From Phaeosaccion multiseriatum (Eukaryota; Protista; Ochrophyta, other classes), in contig OZ218950.1 of the NCBI GenBank assembly GCA_965112735.1, forward strand, positions 3,720,001 through 3,784,000: a stretch of 64,000 nucleotides of DNA. Direction: 5' to 3'. Shown here in pieces: positions 11,216-25,020 of this stretch. The first letter of the stretch is position 1. Each line of letters starts with the position of its first letter. The notes under the pieces were generated by a model that made no database searches, was not told the DNA's origin, and saw nothing but the letters and a program-made list of their open reading frames with translations. A program made the translations under genes and the position numbers.

Positions 11216-11844
11216 GCGAGCACGTGGGATGCGCAAAGTGGGGGCTGGTAGCTAGGGCAACGACGACTAGGTGTAAGAGCGGTGAAGGGATTGCGATCGT
11301 CTGTCGCAGGGAGGAGCGGAGGGGAGTCACGTGTGTATCGTAGCTTACGGGACCAATGGATGTAGTGTATAGCTTGAGGGGGGGGGGCGTGAGAGGGAAG
11401 GTGAGCTCGTTTGAAGAGGGGAGAGTGTACTCCCGATGGATAGAGGCCAAGGGCTTCCTGGGTGGGGCATGCGGGCACAGCAACTAGTCGTAGCTTAGAG
11501 AAGGGTACTGGCTGCCCTGCTAAACAGATAATGGTACAGGTGAGCGCCAGGTCCTCGGCGGGGGTTGTGCTCGTGTGGAGGCAAAAGGCAGACACGGCTC
11601 ATCTAGGCAGCAGCGGCGCCCCTCTCGCCCAAGCAACGGAACTCCCCCCCCCGCCCCTGGCGATCGGGATCTGTGAATCAGACCACCAAACCCAGTGCCT
11701 TCAGAGGCCTCCAACAGCTAAACGCATGAAAGAGCGGGGAGGACCGTGATAGGCAGAGCGACGGACCTCCCTCACAGCAGCGAGAGAGCCTTCTGTGGCC
11801 CCCTTGTCAGCACTAGCTACCGTCCCAAGGGCGGGGCCGCTTGC

Positions 11845-12320
11845 TCACCAGCTTTGTCGAATCGATCGCTCGCGTCTGACCCGCTGGAGCCCCACAGCCA
11901 ATCGCCGCCGAATGACGCAAACAGCTCTCGCATAAGCCCTCATGTCCACATGCTCGTGCCCCCCAGCCATATGGGTGGCGAGTGTTATGATAAACACATT
12001 TGCGCCTTGCTGCCTGTTCCAGCCCAAAAGGAACGAGATGGTACCTCGTGGGGTCCTAATGGATGTCTCCACCCTGGCCTTCCATGCCTTCCCGTGGCAC
12101 CCCATACTTGGTGCGCTTGGTTGCTTCAGCCTTCTTGGCTGCCGCGAGTGCCTCCTTCGAGGCCTTGGCCCTAGCTATTGGTGATGTTCTTGGCATCAGT
12201 GAGCGTGATATCAATCATCAAGGACTTGTGGCCATCCCCATACTCGTGGTCGGATGGAAGCTCAAACATCCTGGGGGGAGTCACAATGTCCATCTCCATC
12301 TCTTTGGCCACGTGGTGGTG
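11845..12320 (-). mobile_element. 5'-truncated, decayed non-LTR retrotransposon of CRE/RLE type (restriction-like endonuclease C-terminus)
   Basis: Across frameshifts and stops: EMDIVTPP...LMIDITLTD / ARAKASKEALAAAKKAEATKRTKY / YHLVPFGLEQ / ANVFIITLA...IRRRLAVGLQR, matching the RLE pattern PD...DVT...K..KY...P...E...LQR. Confidence 0.7.
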
Positions 12321-12501
12321 GTGGTGGGTCACCCTTTTTTCAGTCTTTGCTCGTTGCTCTCCCATCTTTGGACAAATTCACGTGTTGGCTCCTCGATCGT
12401 CGCCATTTGCGGATCCTAACCGCTCCATATTTTTCTCGTCTATTCTAGCACTCCCACCCCTGTGCGTGCCTTTCCAGAGGGGAATGTAGGAAGCATATCC
12501 C

Positions 12502-15500
12502 ATGCACGAGCCCGTCCTGCTGCTGCTGGTGCTGCTGCTGCAAGCATGGGTTGTGGCGGCGGCGGGCGAAGACTTGCCTAATGTGGTGGTGATTCTGGTG
12601 GACGATTTGGGCTGGGGGGACATTGGCTACAATGCCGCAGACTTTGGGCGGGCAACGAGTAATTTGGTGGAGGCGGCAGAGGGAGGGGTCATTCTAGACA
12701 CCTTCTACACCAGGTTCGTAACGCTGCGTACTTCCGGTCTTGTCTTCTTATTTTTTTTTTAAAGTGTTTTTTAAAGTGATTAACCCCCCCCCCCCCCCGT
12801 TCTTCTTGCTTCCCCGCAGCTGCGTGTGCACGCCGAGTCGGGCCTCGTTCATGACGGGACGTTATCCACATCGCTACGGACTGCATGATGGGTTGATTTC
12901 TCTCACGGACCCCAGGGGTCTCTCGCTGTCCGAGAGCACGCTGGCCGACAAGCTGCGGAGCCAGGGAGGATACCGCACCAGCGCGTTGGGCAAGTGGCAC
13001 CTGGGCTTTGTCACAGAGGCGTACACCCCTCTGCAGAGGGGCTTCGACTCCTTCTTTGGCATGTATGGCAGCGCTGGTGACCACTTTTTGCATAGCTCCG
13101 CCGGGGTGGCCGTTGTGCGCTCCATGGGAGGCGACCCGCGGTCTGTGCAGTTCAAGGCCGGTGATCTTGTGGACAATGGCCAGGCGGTGGACCTTGAGGA
13201 GCCGGACGTGTTTGGTATACATTCCACCTCCCTCTACACCGCCAAGGCAGTGGAAAAGATTCGGCATCACGGCGGCAGCGCTTCAAGTTCTTCGGAGGAC
13301 CCCCTCTTTCTCTACTTGGCCTACCAAGCAGTGCACTCCCCGCTGGAAGCGCCAGCCGAGTACTCGTACCAAAACATGACAGACGTCAATGGCTGCCACG
13401 ACATTCTCCTCACGGCGGCCGACGATGACAATGACGATAGCTATGACGATGCCGTGATGCGGTCCACTCTGTGCGCCATGGCGTGGATGATCGACACGGG
13501 CTACGCAGAGATTGAGCAGGCCCTCAAGGAGCAAGGCATGTACGACAACACCCTCATCGTTTTTATGAGCGACAATGGGGGCTCTCGCATGCACGGCTCG
13601 GACATGGGGCCCTTTCGAGGGGAGAAGGGCACCCTGTTTGAAGGGGGGGTCCGCACGCCCGCCTTCTTGGCGGGGGGTCACGTCAAGAAGCGCTTGGCGG
13701 AGCACGGCACTGCTCCGTACCGCCAGCAGGGCATGGTGCACATCACAGACGTGCACGCCATGATTGCAGGCCTGGTGGGCCTGGGGGGCGTCGGGCAGTC
13801 GGAGGGGCAGTCGGAGGGGCAGTCGGGGGACCAACAGCAGCCGCAGCCGCAGCCGCACAAGCTGGATGGCATAGACATGCTGGAGCAGCTCTTGAGGGGA
13901 GAGGACAGCCCTCGCTCCGAGGCCACCTTGGCCATGAACAGCAAGAACATGGGCTACAGGTCAGTCGTGAATTGCTTCTTCTCGGGAGTAAGCTTCCGGA
14001 GCTCTCTGGCAGGAACACACCATTGACGCGTGCCCTTTGATTTTGGCCTCATCGACTGAGTGAGGACCGGAGCCGAGCATGGCATTTATCCAAAGTTTTC
14101 ATCCCCATCTTTCTCGCTTGTCTCCGTCTCTCTCTCATCTCGTCTCTCTTCCTCTCTCTCTCTCATCTCTCGCCTCTCTCTATCGTCTCTCGCGTTTCTT
14201 CTCTTTCTCTCTCGTCTCTCTGCCTCATACACCTCTCGTCTCTCTCGCCTCTCTCACTCGTGACTCTCACTCTCGTCTCTCTCCCTTCGTCCCTCTCTCT
14301 CACGCCTCTCGTCCCTTTCATTCTCAAGTCTCCCCCTCCGCCCCTCTCTCTCATCTCGTCTCCCTCATTCGTCCTTGTTTCTCTGTCTCTCCCTCCCGCT
14401 CTCTCGGGTCTCTCTCGCTCCCTCCCGCTCTCTTCTCTCTCCGTCTCTCTCCGTCTCTCGTCTCTCTCATCCTCTCTCCCGCTCACTCTGACCCTCTTGT
14501 CTCTCTCAGTCTCTCTCGTCTCCCTCACCCTCGCCTCTCTCTCTCACCTTCTCGTCTCTCTCTCATCTCTCTCCCTCTCGTTTCTCACCCTTTCTCCCCT
14601 CTGTCCCTCTCTCTCTCACCCTCTCGTCTCTCTCTCATCTCTCTCACCCTCTCTCCGCTCCCTGCCCCTCCCTCCGTCCCCCCCCCCCGCCCCTCTCCCC
14701 TCACTCCCCCCCCCCCCATCTCGCACGCATACTCTCCCTCACTCCCAACCCCCCCCCAGCGCGGCCTTTCGCAAGGGCTCCTTCAAGTACATGGCGACGA
14801 CTCGAATGGTCAACTCGGAGATCTACGAGTACGGCATGAGCCTGCTGCAGCAAGACGGCGCGAGCTACACCATGGTGGACTTCTTTGCCATCCTGCGCAC
14901 AAGGGTGTTTGAAGACATGGCCTTCTTTTTGTTTGACGTGGTCAAGAACCCCAGCGAGGAGGAGGCCGAGGACCCAGAGAGTGCGTGCCCAGACGACATT
15001 GCGGCGTGCGCCAACCTCATTGACCACCCGGTATTTGCAGGCATACAGGCCGAGTTTGAGGAGCAATGGGCCTCCATGAAGCAGTGCGACGACGACGACG
15101 GGGTCAACTACTTCATGTCGCAGTTCTTCTTCACAGATGGCGTCCTCGTCTCGCCTGACTATGGCACGGGCACGTGGATGCCGTGGAGAGACAGGGACTC
15201 CTTTTACCCGCTGGCCATGGCCTCACCCGCGGACTATCGCCCCAATGACGCCTACCGCCGCGACGCCACACGTGCTACCCACAGCCAATCAGTGGCCACT
15301 GCTGCTGCTGCTGACGAGGCTGGCTCGCCTGCCAGTAGCGATGCAGCACAGTCGCAGAGCGCACATTCTCCCCAGTCGCGTCAGTCGCGTCGCCTCGAAG
15401 AGGGAGGCCTCCCCGCAGCGAGCGCCGCTCATCAGCTGCTGCTGGGAGCGGCCGTGGGGGCGGTGGGGGGGCTGCTGGGAGGCTTCCTTGGCGCATCGAG

Positions 15501-15549
15501 CAAGTACAGTGGGGTCAAAGGCCAAGTGGGGGGGCGCTCCGGAGACTAA
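12502..15549 (+). CDS. Arylsulfatase B-like formylglycine-dependent sulfatase (S1 family); exons 12502-12713, 12820-13959, 14760-15549
   Basis: Signal peptide, PNVVVILVDDLGWGD, CTPSRASFMTGRYP, GKWHLG, AVHSPL, SDNGG, RGEKGTLFEGGVR; two GT-AG introns restore the frame; hydrophobic C-terminal segment. Confidence 0.95.
14105..14720. repeat. Degenerate (CT)n / CTCTCGT pyrimidine-rich satellite in sulfatase intron 2
   Basis: Seen directly. Confidence 0.9.
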
Positions 15550-15806
15550 GCCAAAGACCCCAATCCATAGCGTTTGTGTAAAAAATACATTTTACCCCTT
15601 TTTTTCAGTAAGACGGACGGCCCAGAAGCATACGATATCGACTGTAGGGTCTATACTGCGGATCGTGGCCTCGATTCTTTTGTTAAGGTCTATTGAACTA
15701 CACCGACCTCTTTCCTGTGTGGCATCCTCACTTCACTTGGTTCACTGGGATCAGAAAGAGAGGCGGGGCGCTGGGCCACGCGCCGAAAGGAACATTAGAC
15801 ACCTCT

Positions 15807-18176
15807 CTACAGTGCGAAAGCTTCTGCCCGAGCCGTGCTGGGCGGGCTCTGGCCCCTTCTCTTGGGCACGTCGTCGCCGCTCTCCTGGCGCTCCTCCTCC
15901 TGCTCCTCCTCCTCCTCCTGCTGCTGCTTTGGCACCTTCATCTTCCTTTCTGGCACATGCTCCTGCTCCTCCTGCTGCAGCGGCGCCTCTGCCCGAGCAG
16001 TCTTCCTCCTCCTCCTCTTCTTCTTCTTCTTCTCCATGCGACGTTGCTGTTGCTCTCCTTCGTCCTTCCCTTCCCGCTTGAGCTCTGCCCTTACCCGTAC
16101 CTCCTGCTTCTGCTCCCGCTGCTTCGGTTCGGCCTTCCCCCCCTTCTTTTTCGGAGGACGTTGCTCCTTGCGTGCCACAGGAGGAGGAGGAGGAGGAGGA
16201 GGAGGGGTAAGGTTGCCGACAGAACGTTGGGAATAGAGCCGCGGAGACGCAAGCGCCTGCGGAGACTTTGAGCCACCCGAGGAGCAGCGCAAAAGGCTCT
16301 TAAACTTGCCCCAGCAACCCAGCTGCTGCTGCTTGCCGCTGCTCAGCACGGGCGCCTGTCCTTCCTTTACGCCAGGGGAGGTGTCAAAGGCCTGCAGCCT
16401 CACGCTACTCCCGCTGGACTCCAACATGCGCAGGGCTCTGGCACTCCTGCTCCTTTCCAGGTCGTCGCTGCCGCTGCTACAGGCGGCCTTGCTGTCTGGC
16501 CTGGCCTCGAGGCTGCTCATGCTGCTCATGTCTCGCCGACAGACGTCCTCCGCCTCGCATATCTCCGCCGCCACGGCCTCCTCCTCCTCCTCCACCTCCG
16601 ACACGCCCCTTTCTTCTTCTTCTTCTTCGCCAGAAGAGCAGTCCTCGCTTCGTGGAATGACACCCAACGGTGCGCCCACCGCCTCTTCCCCTTCCCCTTC
16701 CCCTTCCTCCACCACCACCTCCACTTTTTCCCCTTCCACCATTACCACCACCTCCACATCTTCCTCCTCCTCCTCCTCCTCTTTCTTCTCCCCCGCAACA
16801 AGCCCCCCACCCCCAACTTCAGTTGCGTGCGGCCAGCTACTGCTCCTCCTCCTCCTGCCGTTGCTCCTCCTGCCGTTGCTCCTCCTGCTGCTGCTCCTGC
16901 TCCTCCTGCCGCTGCTCCTCCTGCCGCTGCTCCTACTCCTCCTGCTAGCGCTGCCCCCGCCAGTGCTCAGCTGAAGGCGCTGAAACTCCTCCATGAGGTC
17001 TACTCCGTCGTCGTCGTCGTCGTTTTTGCTGCCCCCTCCCTCCTCCCTCACGGCTTCCGGAAGCGTATTCTGCCTCTTCGTGGTGGTGTAGTCTTGCTCT
17101 TCCCACTGCTTCCCGCTGCCCCCCTCGAGTGGTGGTTCCTCGTCCTCCTCCTCCTCCTCCTCTTCCAAGATGGGCATTTCCGCAATGTACAGCTCGTCTT
17201 CCTCCGAAGACAAGTCCTCGTCGTCCCCCACCTCCCCCGTCAGCCCATCCCCCCTCCTGGCCATGGCAATGACGCTGTCGTCATCTTCCTCGTAGGCAGA
17301 CTCCTCTCCACTATCTTGTCCCGTGAGCCGAGGTGATCCTGGGCCGCAGCTCGATCTCCGATAGCCCCCCCCCCCCGAGCCCGATCCGCTCCCGCCATTC
17401 TTGCTACGTTGCAACCTTCCCACGCTGGACCTCCCCGTGCTGCTGCGTCTGGGTGGAGACAAAACGCCCAATCCTCCCAGAAACAAGAGCCCCGCCCCTC
17501 CTCCAGAAGGCTTTCGGTTGTGGTGGCCTGCGTCATTCTCCTTGCCCATCGCCCTTGCCTTGCTCAGGGAGCTGCTGCTACCCCGCTCGCTGCTCTCGCT
17601 GCTGCATCGCTCGCTACTACTCCGCTCACTACTACCTCGCCCATTGCTACCGCTGCTGCTGTTTCCCCCCTCGCTGCGCCTGGCGAGGGGTCGCCTCTTG
17701 TGCTCTCCGGGCTGTGGGGCGAGTGGCGGAACATCAGCCCCGATCAAGAGGGGGGCAGGACGTCCGCCGGGAAACTCTGTCGACGCACACCGAAAGTGAC
17801 TGGGGCTGAGGGCATCCGCCTCCGAGCGCGTCGCAGACCACCTGTCAATCAGCGAGTCCCTCCCGTCAAACTCCTCCTTGTCATTGTCATTGCTGTCAAA
17901 AGCACTGCTGTCGAACGCATGTTTGGGCGGGTGCGCTGCGTACACCACCTTCCCCGCCTCGTCCTCCGTCCTGCACCAGCTCAGCTTGGGCTTGGGCTTG
18001 TAGTTGGGGTCGCCAGGCCTGAGGCGTGAAGTGATGCCAAAGGTGTAGTCAATCTCGCGGAACACGGGCCGGGCCGGGCCCGCCGCCTGTCCCTCGTCTT
18101 CGTCCCTCGCCCTTCCATCCGCCCGAGTGCGCACATACAGCCCCTTCCCGTTCCCGAGCACTCCAGAGCACTGCAT
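15807..18176 (-). CDS. Hypothetical intronless low-complexity protein (about 790 aa; E-, S/R- and K-rich)
   Basis: Long uninterrupted ORF; first ATG (MQCSG) at 18176 after an A-rich leader; no domain recognised. Confidence 0.7.
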   Translation of the reverse strand: MQCSGVLGNGKGLYVRTRADGRARDEDEGQAAGPARPVFREIDYTFGITSRLRPGDPNYKPKPKLSWCRTEDEAGKVVYAAHPPKHAFDSSAFDSNDNDKEEFDGRDSLIDRWSATRSEADALSPSHFRCASTEFPGGRPAPLLIGADVPPLAPQPGEHKRRPLARRSEGGNSSSGSNGRGSSERSSSERCSSESSERGSSSSLSKARAMGKENDAGHHNRKPSGGGAGLLFLGGLGVLSPPRRSSTGRSSVGRLQRSKNGGSGSGSGGGGYRRSSCGPGSPRLTGQDSGEESAYEEDDDSVIAMARRGDGLTGEVGDDEDLSSEEDELYIAEMPILEEEEEEEDEEPPLEGGSGKQWEEQDYTTTKRQNTLPEAVREEGGGSKNDDDDDGVDLMEEFQRLQLSTGGGSASRRSRSSGRRSSGRRSRSSSRRSNGRRSNGRRRRSSSWPHATEVGGGGLVAGEKKEEEEEEEDVEVVVMVEGEKVEVVVEEGEGEGEEAVGAPLGVIPRSEDCSSGEEEEEERGVSEVEEEEEAVAAEICEAEDVCRRDMSSMSSLEARPDSKAACSSGSDDLERSRSARALRMLESSGSSVRLQAFDTSPGVKEGQAPVLSSGKQQQLGCWGKFKSLLRCSSGGSKSPQALASPRLYSQRSVGNLTPPPPPPPPPVARKEQRPPKKKGGKAEPKQREQKQEVRVRAELKREGKDEGEQQQRRMEKKKKKRRRRKTARAEAPLQQEEQEHVPERKMKVPKQQQEEEEEQEEERQESGDDVPKRRGQSPPSTARAEAFAL

Positions 18177-18340
18177 CTTGCTCTCTAAAAAGAACACAAC
18201 TCTTTTCTCTGTTTGTTTTACGGTTGATGAATTATTTTTTGTTTCCTTGTTGGTGTTGGGCCTCCTCCTCGGGGCCCAAGCTAAGGTAGAGTTTGGGGGC
18301 ACCGGCGGATGCCAATTCCCAAAAAGGCTTTCTCTCAACC

Positions 18341-20624
18341 ATGAGTGGGATGCAGGAGGGGCAGGAACAGCAAAAGAAGGCGGAGAGCGACGAGACGCGG
18401 GAAGGAGGGGAGGGAGGGCTCGAGGAGCAGCACCTGGCGCTTCGTCTGGAGGACCGAGTCAGGGACGCCAACGGATACGACGCCACTGTGCGCTACCTTG
18501 GACCGGTCTGCACGGCCAAGGTGCGTGTGTAGAGGGAGAGAAAAGACTGAAATGCTCGTGGTATGTTGAAGGCGGGGTGCTTAACTTGTTTGCTGGTATT
18601 GCAGGACCCCCAAGCCCTCTGGGTGGGTGTGGAATTCGACGACCCCGACCGCGGTAAACACGACGGCGCAGCGGTGGACAAGACGACAGGGGAGGCGACG
18701 CGGTACTTTCGATGCACAAAGGGTGGCAGTGGAAGCTTCCTCAAGCCCAACAAGGTGGACAGGGGCTGCTCCTTCGTCCAGGCCCTCGCCAACCAGTACG
18801 TGCACCTCAACGCCCCCTTGGAGGCCCCGGACAATGTGTTTGCCAAGGAGGTGTTTGCAAACACCAGCAAGGGAGGCAAAAAGAGCATCGAGTTCTACGG
18901 AGAGGCCAAGATTCGGAAGCGACAGCAGGTAAGAAACAGAGATGCTGCTTTTCCCTCGACCGTCATCGTTACCTCTCGGCCCGTCCGGTGCACCAACCAA
19001 CCAACCAACCACACAGGTCGGGGTGCTCGACAAGTGTACTGTGAGAGAGATGGGAATCAGTCACGCCGGACCCGTGGATGCCATCGCCGAGGCCGCGGGG
19101 CACTTTGTCGGGCTCGATCTCAAGTCCAACCTCCTCAGCGATTGGAAGGAAGTGGGCCTCATCTGCTCGCAGATGCCCCTCCTGGAGGAGCTGGCCGTGG
19201 GCTGCAATGGCTTCAAGTCCACGGAGCTGCGAGGAGAGACGCTGGGGCCCTTGCTCTCCAGCGCGCTGCTCAACGTTTCCGTGCTGGTGCTCAACTCCGC
19301 GGGGCTCGTGTCTTGGCGGCAGGTACAGCTCCTGGAGACGGGCTTGCCCAAGCTGGAGGAGCTGTATCTGGCCGGTAATGAGTTGGGGGACATCCTCAGC
19401 GTGCTCAGTAGCGGGGAGGACGGGAAGGAGCCACAGCAGCAGCAGCAGCAGCAGACAAGTGCACCGCCCGAGGAGGAGGACAGCAGCAGTAGCGGGGCAG
19501 CGACGGTAACCGGTATGGCGCAGCTGCGTACGCTGGACCTCTCGGACACCGGCATCACCTCCTGGCAGCAAGTGGCGGCTTTCTCAGCACTGCCGCACTT
19601 GGCGGTGCTCTCCTTGAACCACAATCTCATTCCCGAGGTGCCCCCATTGGCCACCACGGCTTCCACCTCGCTCGCATTCTGCAGTCTAGAGAGCATTAGC
19701 CTGAGCAGAAACGACATTTCTTCGTGGGCGTCTGTGGATCGCCTGGGAGGGCTCCCCAAGCTGCGCTCCCTTCGCTTCAGCAACAACCCCGTGACGAGCA
19801 AGTGGGGAGCGAGCGAGGCGCGAACCATTGCCGTTGCGCGAGTGCCCAACCTTATGCGCTTCAACGGGAGCGAAGTGAGCCAGCGAGAGCGCGTCGAGGC
19901 GGAGAAGGCCTACCTTCGCATGATCGTCCGAGAAGCCTCGGCCGTGAGGGAGATTAACAAGGCGTTGGACAAGGACCAGGCGGACGCTCTCATGGCCGAG
20001 ATCCACCCTCGCTTCAAGGCACTCATGAGCGTGTTCGGCGACATGCTCGTGAGCAGGGCCCCGAGCGAGGGCGGCGGGGAGCAGGCAGGGACACTGGCAG
20101 CCGACATGGTGACCGTCACCCTCACGCCCATGGCAGCGAACAGCGTGGGTGTCGAGCCCAAGAGCAAGAAGCTGCCGGCCAGCTTGACAGTGGGGCGCCT
20201 CAAGGGCATGTGCAAGAGGCTCTTTCAGCTGGACATACATCTGCAGGTGAGTTGGGGGTTGCCATCTTTTCGGGACTCATTCCCTGCCTTCAGCTTTATT
20301 AAAAGTATTATGGTGCACTGTCCGCCTGTCTTGCCTACGCTCCTCTACCCTCCTTAGGTGCTGTACTTCCGATCTGCCAAGGATTCCCCTCCTGTGATGC
20401 TGGACGATGACGACCAAACGCTCGGCTTCTTCGGCGTGTGCGAGGGCGCGGAGGTGTTTATGAACGAGGTGGACGAGCGCGCACAGGCCCTGGAGAAGGA
20501 GAACAAGCAGAGGGAGCACGAGGAGCGCGTGCGGCGGGAGATGGAGCACGTGGGCAAGCTCGAGGCGGTGCGGCGCTCAAACGTGGCCAGAGAGAGCATG
20601 GCAGCCCAGCAGGCCGGCAAGTAG
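18341..20624 (+). CDS. TBCE: Tubulin-specific chaperone E (CAP-Gly + LRR + ubiquitin-like); exons 18341-18520, 18605-18928, 19017-20246, 20358-20624
   Basis: ATVRYLGPV...WVGVEFDDPDRGKHDG...YFRC...GSFLK (CAP-Gly); LRRs (LDLKSNLL, LEELYLAGN, LDLSDT); C-terminal KKLPASLTVGRLK...LDDDDQTLGFFG. Confidence 0.93.
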
Positions 20625-21148
20625 AGCAACAGTAGAAGGCAGCAAGTACAGCAGCGGCGCTGGCTGGCTCTGGTTTGGCGACCGGCAGAGGATTTGCTGT
20701 CCCCTGCTGCTTTTATCCCAAACTTGACACTCACTCACTGGCAATTTCGCTCATGTTCCAATCGTCACCCTCCATAGTCGTGCGCCACGCTCTGAGCCCT
20801 CCCCCAGGGTATCTTTTTTGGCAGTTACACAAATCCCTGCTGCACACCGCGAGCGTGGCGGTGCTGGTGCTGAATATGGTCGTCGCCACGTCCCTTTCCC
20901 CCCGAGACTGGAAAAGCGCGCGGAAATGATGCAATTAATCTCTAACATTACCTTCAAATCAGTGCAGAGTATCGGAACTAGGGGGGGGGGGGGGTCTTGT
21001 GCGCTCTGTCCACACGACAAGAGGGGCGTCCTCCCTTCCATCCCCTACTCGAGAAATTGCTCCTCGGGGCACTGCACTACTGCGGCATGGAAGAAAGACG
21101 AGCCGCCCTCTTGCTCTACAAAATGAAACTGAAATGAACAAACTCTCC

Positions 21149-23271
<2,123 letters not shown>

Positions 23272-23481
23272 ACAAACGGCCCGCGATTATTTGATTCAAG
23301 AGCAGCCGCGCCGCGGGTGCTCTGATGCCTCTTTCCAACCCACCCTCTGGTGCTTGCTTCTGTCTATACGCTGGTGCTATCGTTGTTGGCTGTGGGAACA
23401 ATGGGAAGCACGATAGCGAGAAAAAAGAAAAAAAAATCACTGACATACTACGAGCGAAATGGGGGTTTCCGAGTGGCCACA

Positions 23482-23721
23482 TCGACCCCTGACGTGCTAT
23501 CACCGTCGGCCGGTTCATCCGCTATCGCCGGCGCCAGCCGGCTGTGGGGGTTGCCCGCTGTCGCCGGCGCCAGCCGGCGCGCTATCCGCCCCCCCGGGGC
23601 CCGATAGTGTATCAGGGGTTGAGCCGGTAGCAGGCTGCCACTGCTGGCGTGAGCTAGCTGCTACCTGTTAGCGTGCAACCTGCTACCGGCCGCGTGCTAC
23701 AGGTAGCACATCAGGGGTCGA
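23482..23721. mobile_element. MITE-like foldback element with ~19-bp inverted termini and internal inverted repeats
   Basis: tcgacccctgacgtgctat (23482-23500) matches the reverse complement of 23703-23721 at 17/19; no target-site duplication found. Confidence 0.5.
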
Positions 23722-23966
23722 AAAAGGTGAGTTGTCTGTTCACCTTGCCTAGCCATAGGCTGAGGATGTTCATGTGAGTGTGTGCGCCTTGAGCGGAGCC
23801 CAGGGCGACGTAATATTTTCCCTCAACAGTCAGGAAGAGAGTTTCAGGCCTTCCCTTTTTTTCCTTCCCCTCTAATGGCAACAACGGCCAGCTTGCCAGC
23901 TTCACAAACGACTAATTACAAAACAAAGGATTACAAGCGCTTCGCAAACGGCCTGACGGCCTGAGT

Positions 23967-24490
23967 CTATCGGTGTTGGTGTGGAGGATGCCGTGACCCC
24001 TGCGGCGCGTCTCTCCCCCCTGCAGCTGGCGGCTGGTCTGGGTATGCGCCTCCTCCGCCCCCACCGGCCCACCCCTGCCTGCCTGATGGTCCGTCCTCTC
24101 CCTGGCTGCTCGAGCCCTGGTGTGAGTACCCGCCGGTTTCACCCCTCTCCGTGCCCTCCTTCCGGCCTTCCTCACGCTGCCTCTTGTGTGCGCCTCCACG
24201 GCCGCCCCCCTCGCCCCTCTCTGCATTATCCGAATGCCGTATTCGCCCTTGCTCTCCCTGCCCGTAGTGTTGCTGGTATCCATACTGGTGTGCGTCGCCT
24301 CGGCCCTGCCCTTGCGCCAGTTGTTGTTGCATCTGCTGCTGCTGCTGCTGCTGCTCGTATTGGTGGTGTTGCTGCTGCTGATGGTAGGCCTGCTGCTGAT
24401 GCTGCTGCTGTTGGTGGTGGTGGTGGTGCATGAGGTGCGCTTGAGCCATTGGATGCTGCCAAGCCATGTGCATCGCCGCCTGTGCCTCCC

Positions 24491-24521
<31 letters not shown>

Positions 24522-24986
24522 AGACAGACAGACAGACACAAAGAAGGAGGAGCGTATGAGCGTACTACATCACCTTCACAGCGGTCGTCGCATCTGTGAG
24601 GCGCTGTCCTGCATTTGGACCGAGCCTCCCCCCTCCCTGTTACCCGTACCTCTGAACCATGCATCATGCCTCCCGCAACGTGTGGCTGGGGAGGAAAGCC
24701 CTCCATCTCTCGTATATTCCTCATGCGCTGCTGCTGCTGCTGCTGCTGCTGCTGTATCGCCAACTGCTGCCGCTGCTGCTGCTCCAGATGTGCACGATAC
24801 ACACAAACAAGAGCAAGCAGCAGGCCAAAAGGAAGAAGTTAGGCCGGGGGGCGAGGGAGTGTCACAGATGAGAACTAGCTAAACCACTCCTCTATTCTCT
24901 GACCCTCTTCTTCTCGTTGACTCTCACTTCAGTGTCCCCAATATCACAGATAGAGAGGGTGTTCCCCACCTCCCACGCCAAGCATT

Positions 24987-25020
<34 letters not shown>

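Noticed and set aside
14079-14760. Ser/Leu-rich ORFs upstream of the last sulfatase exon
   Set aside because: CT-rich intron sequence; splicing 13959 to 14760 restores the sulfatase frame.
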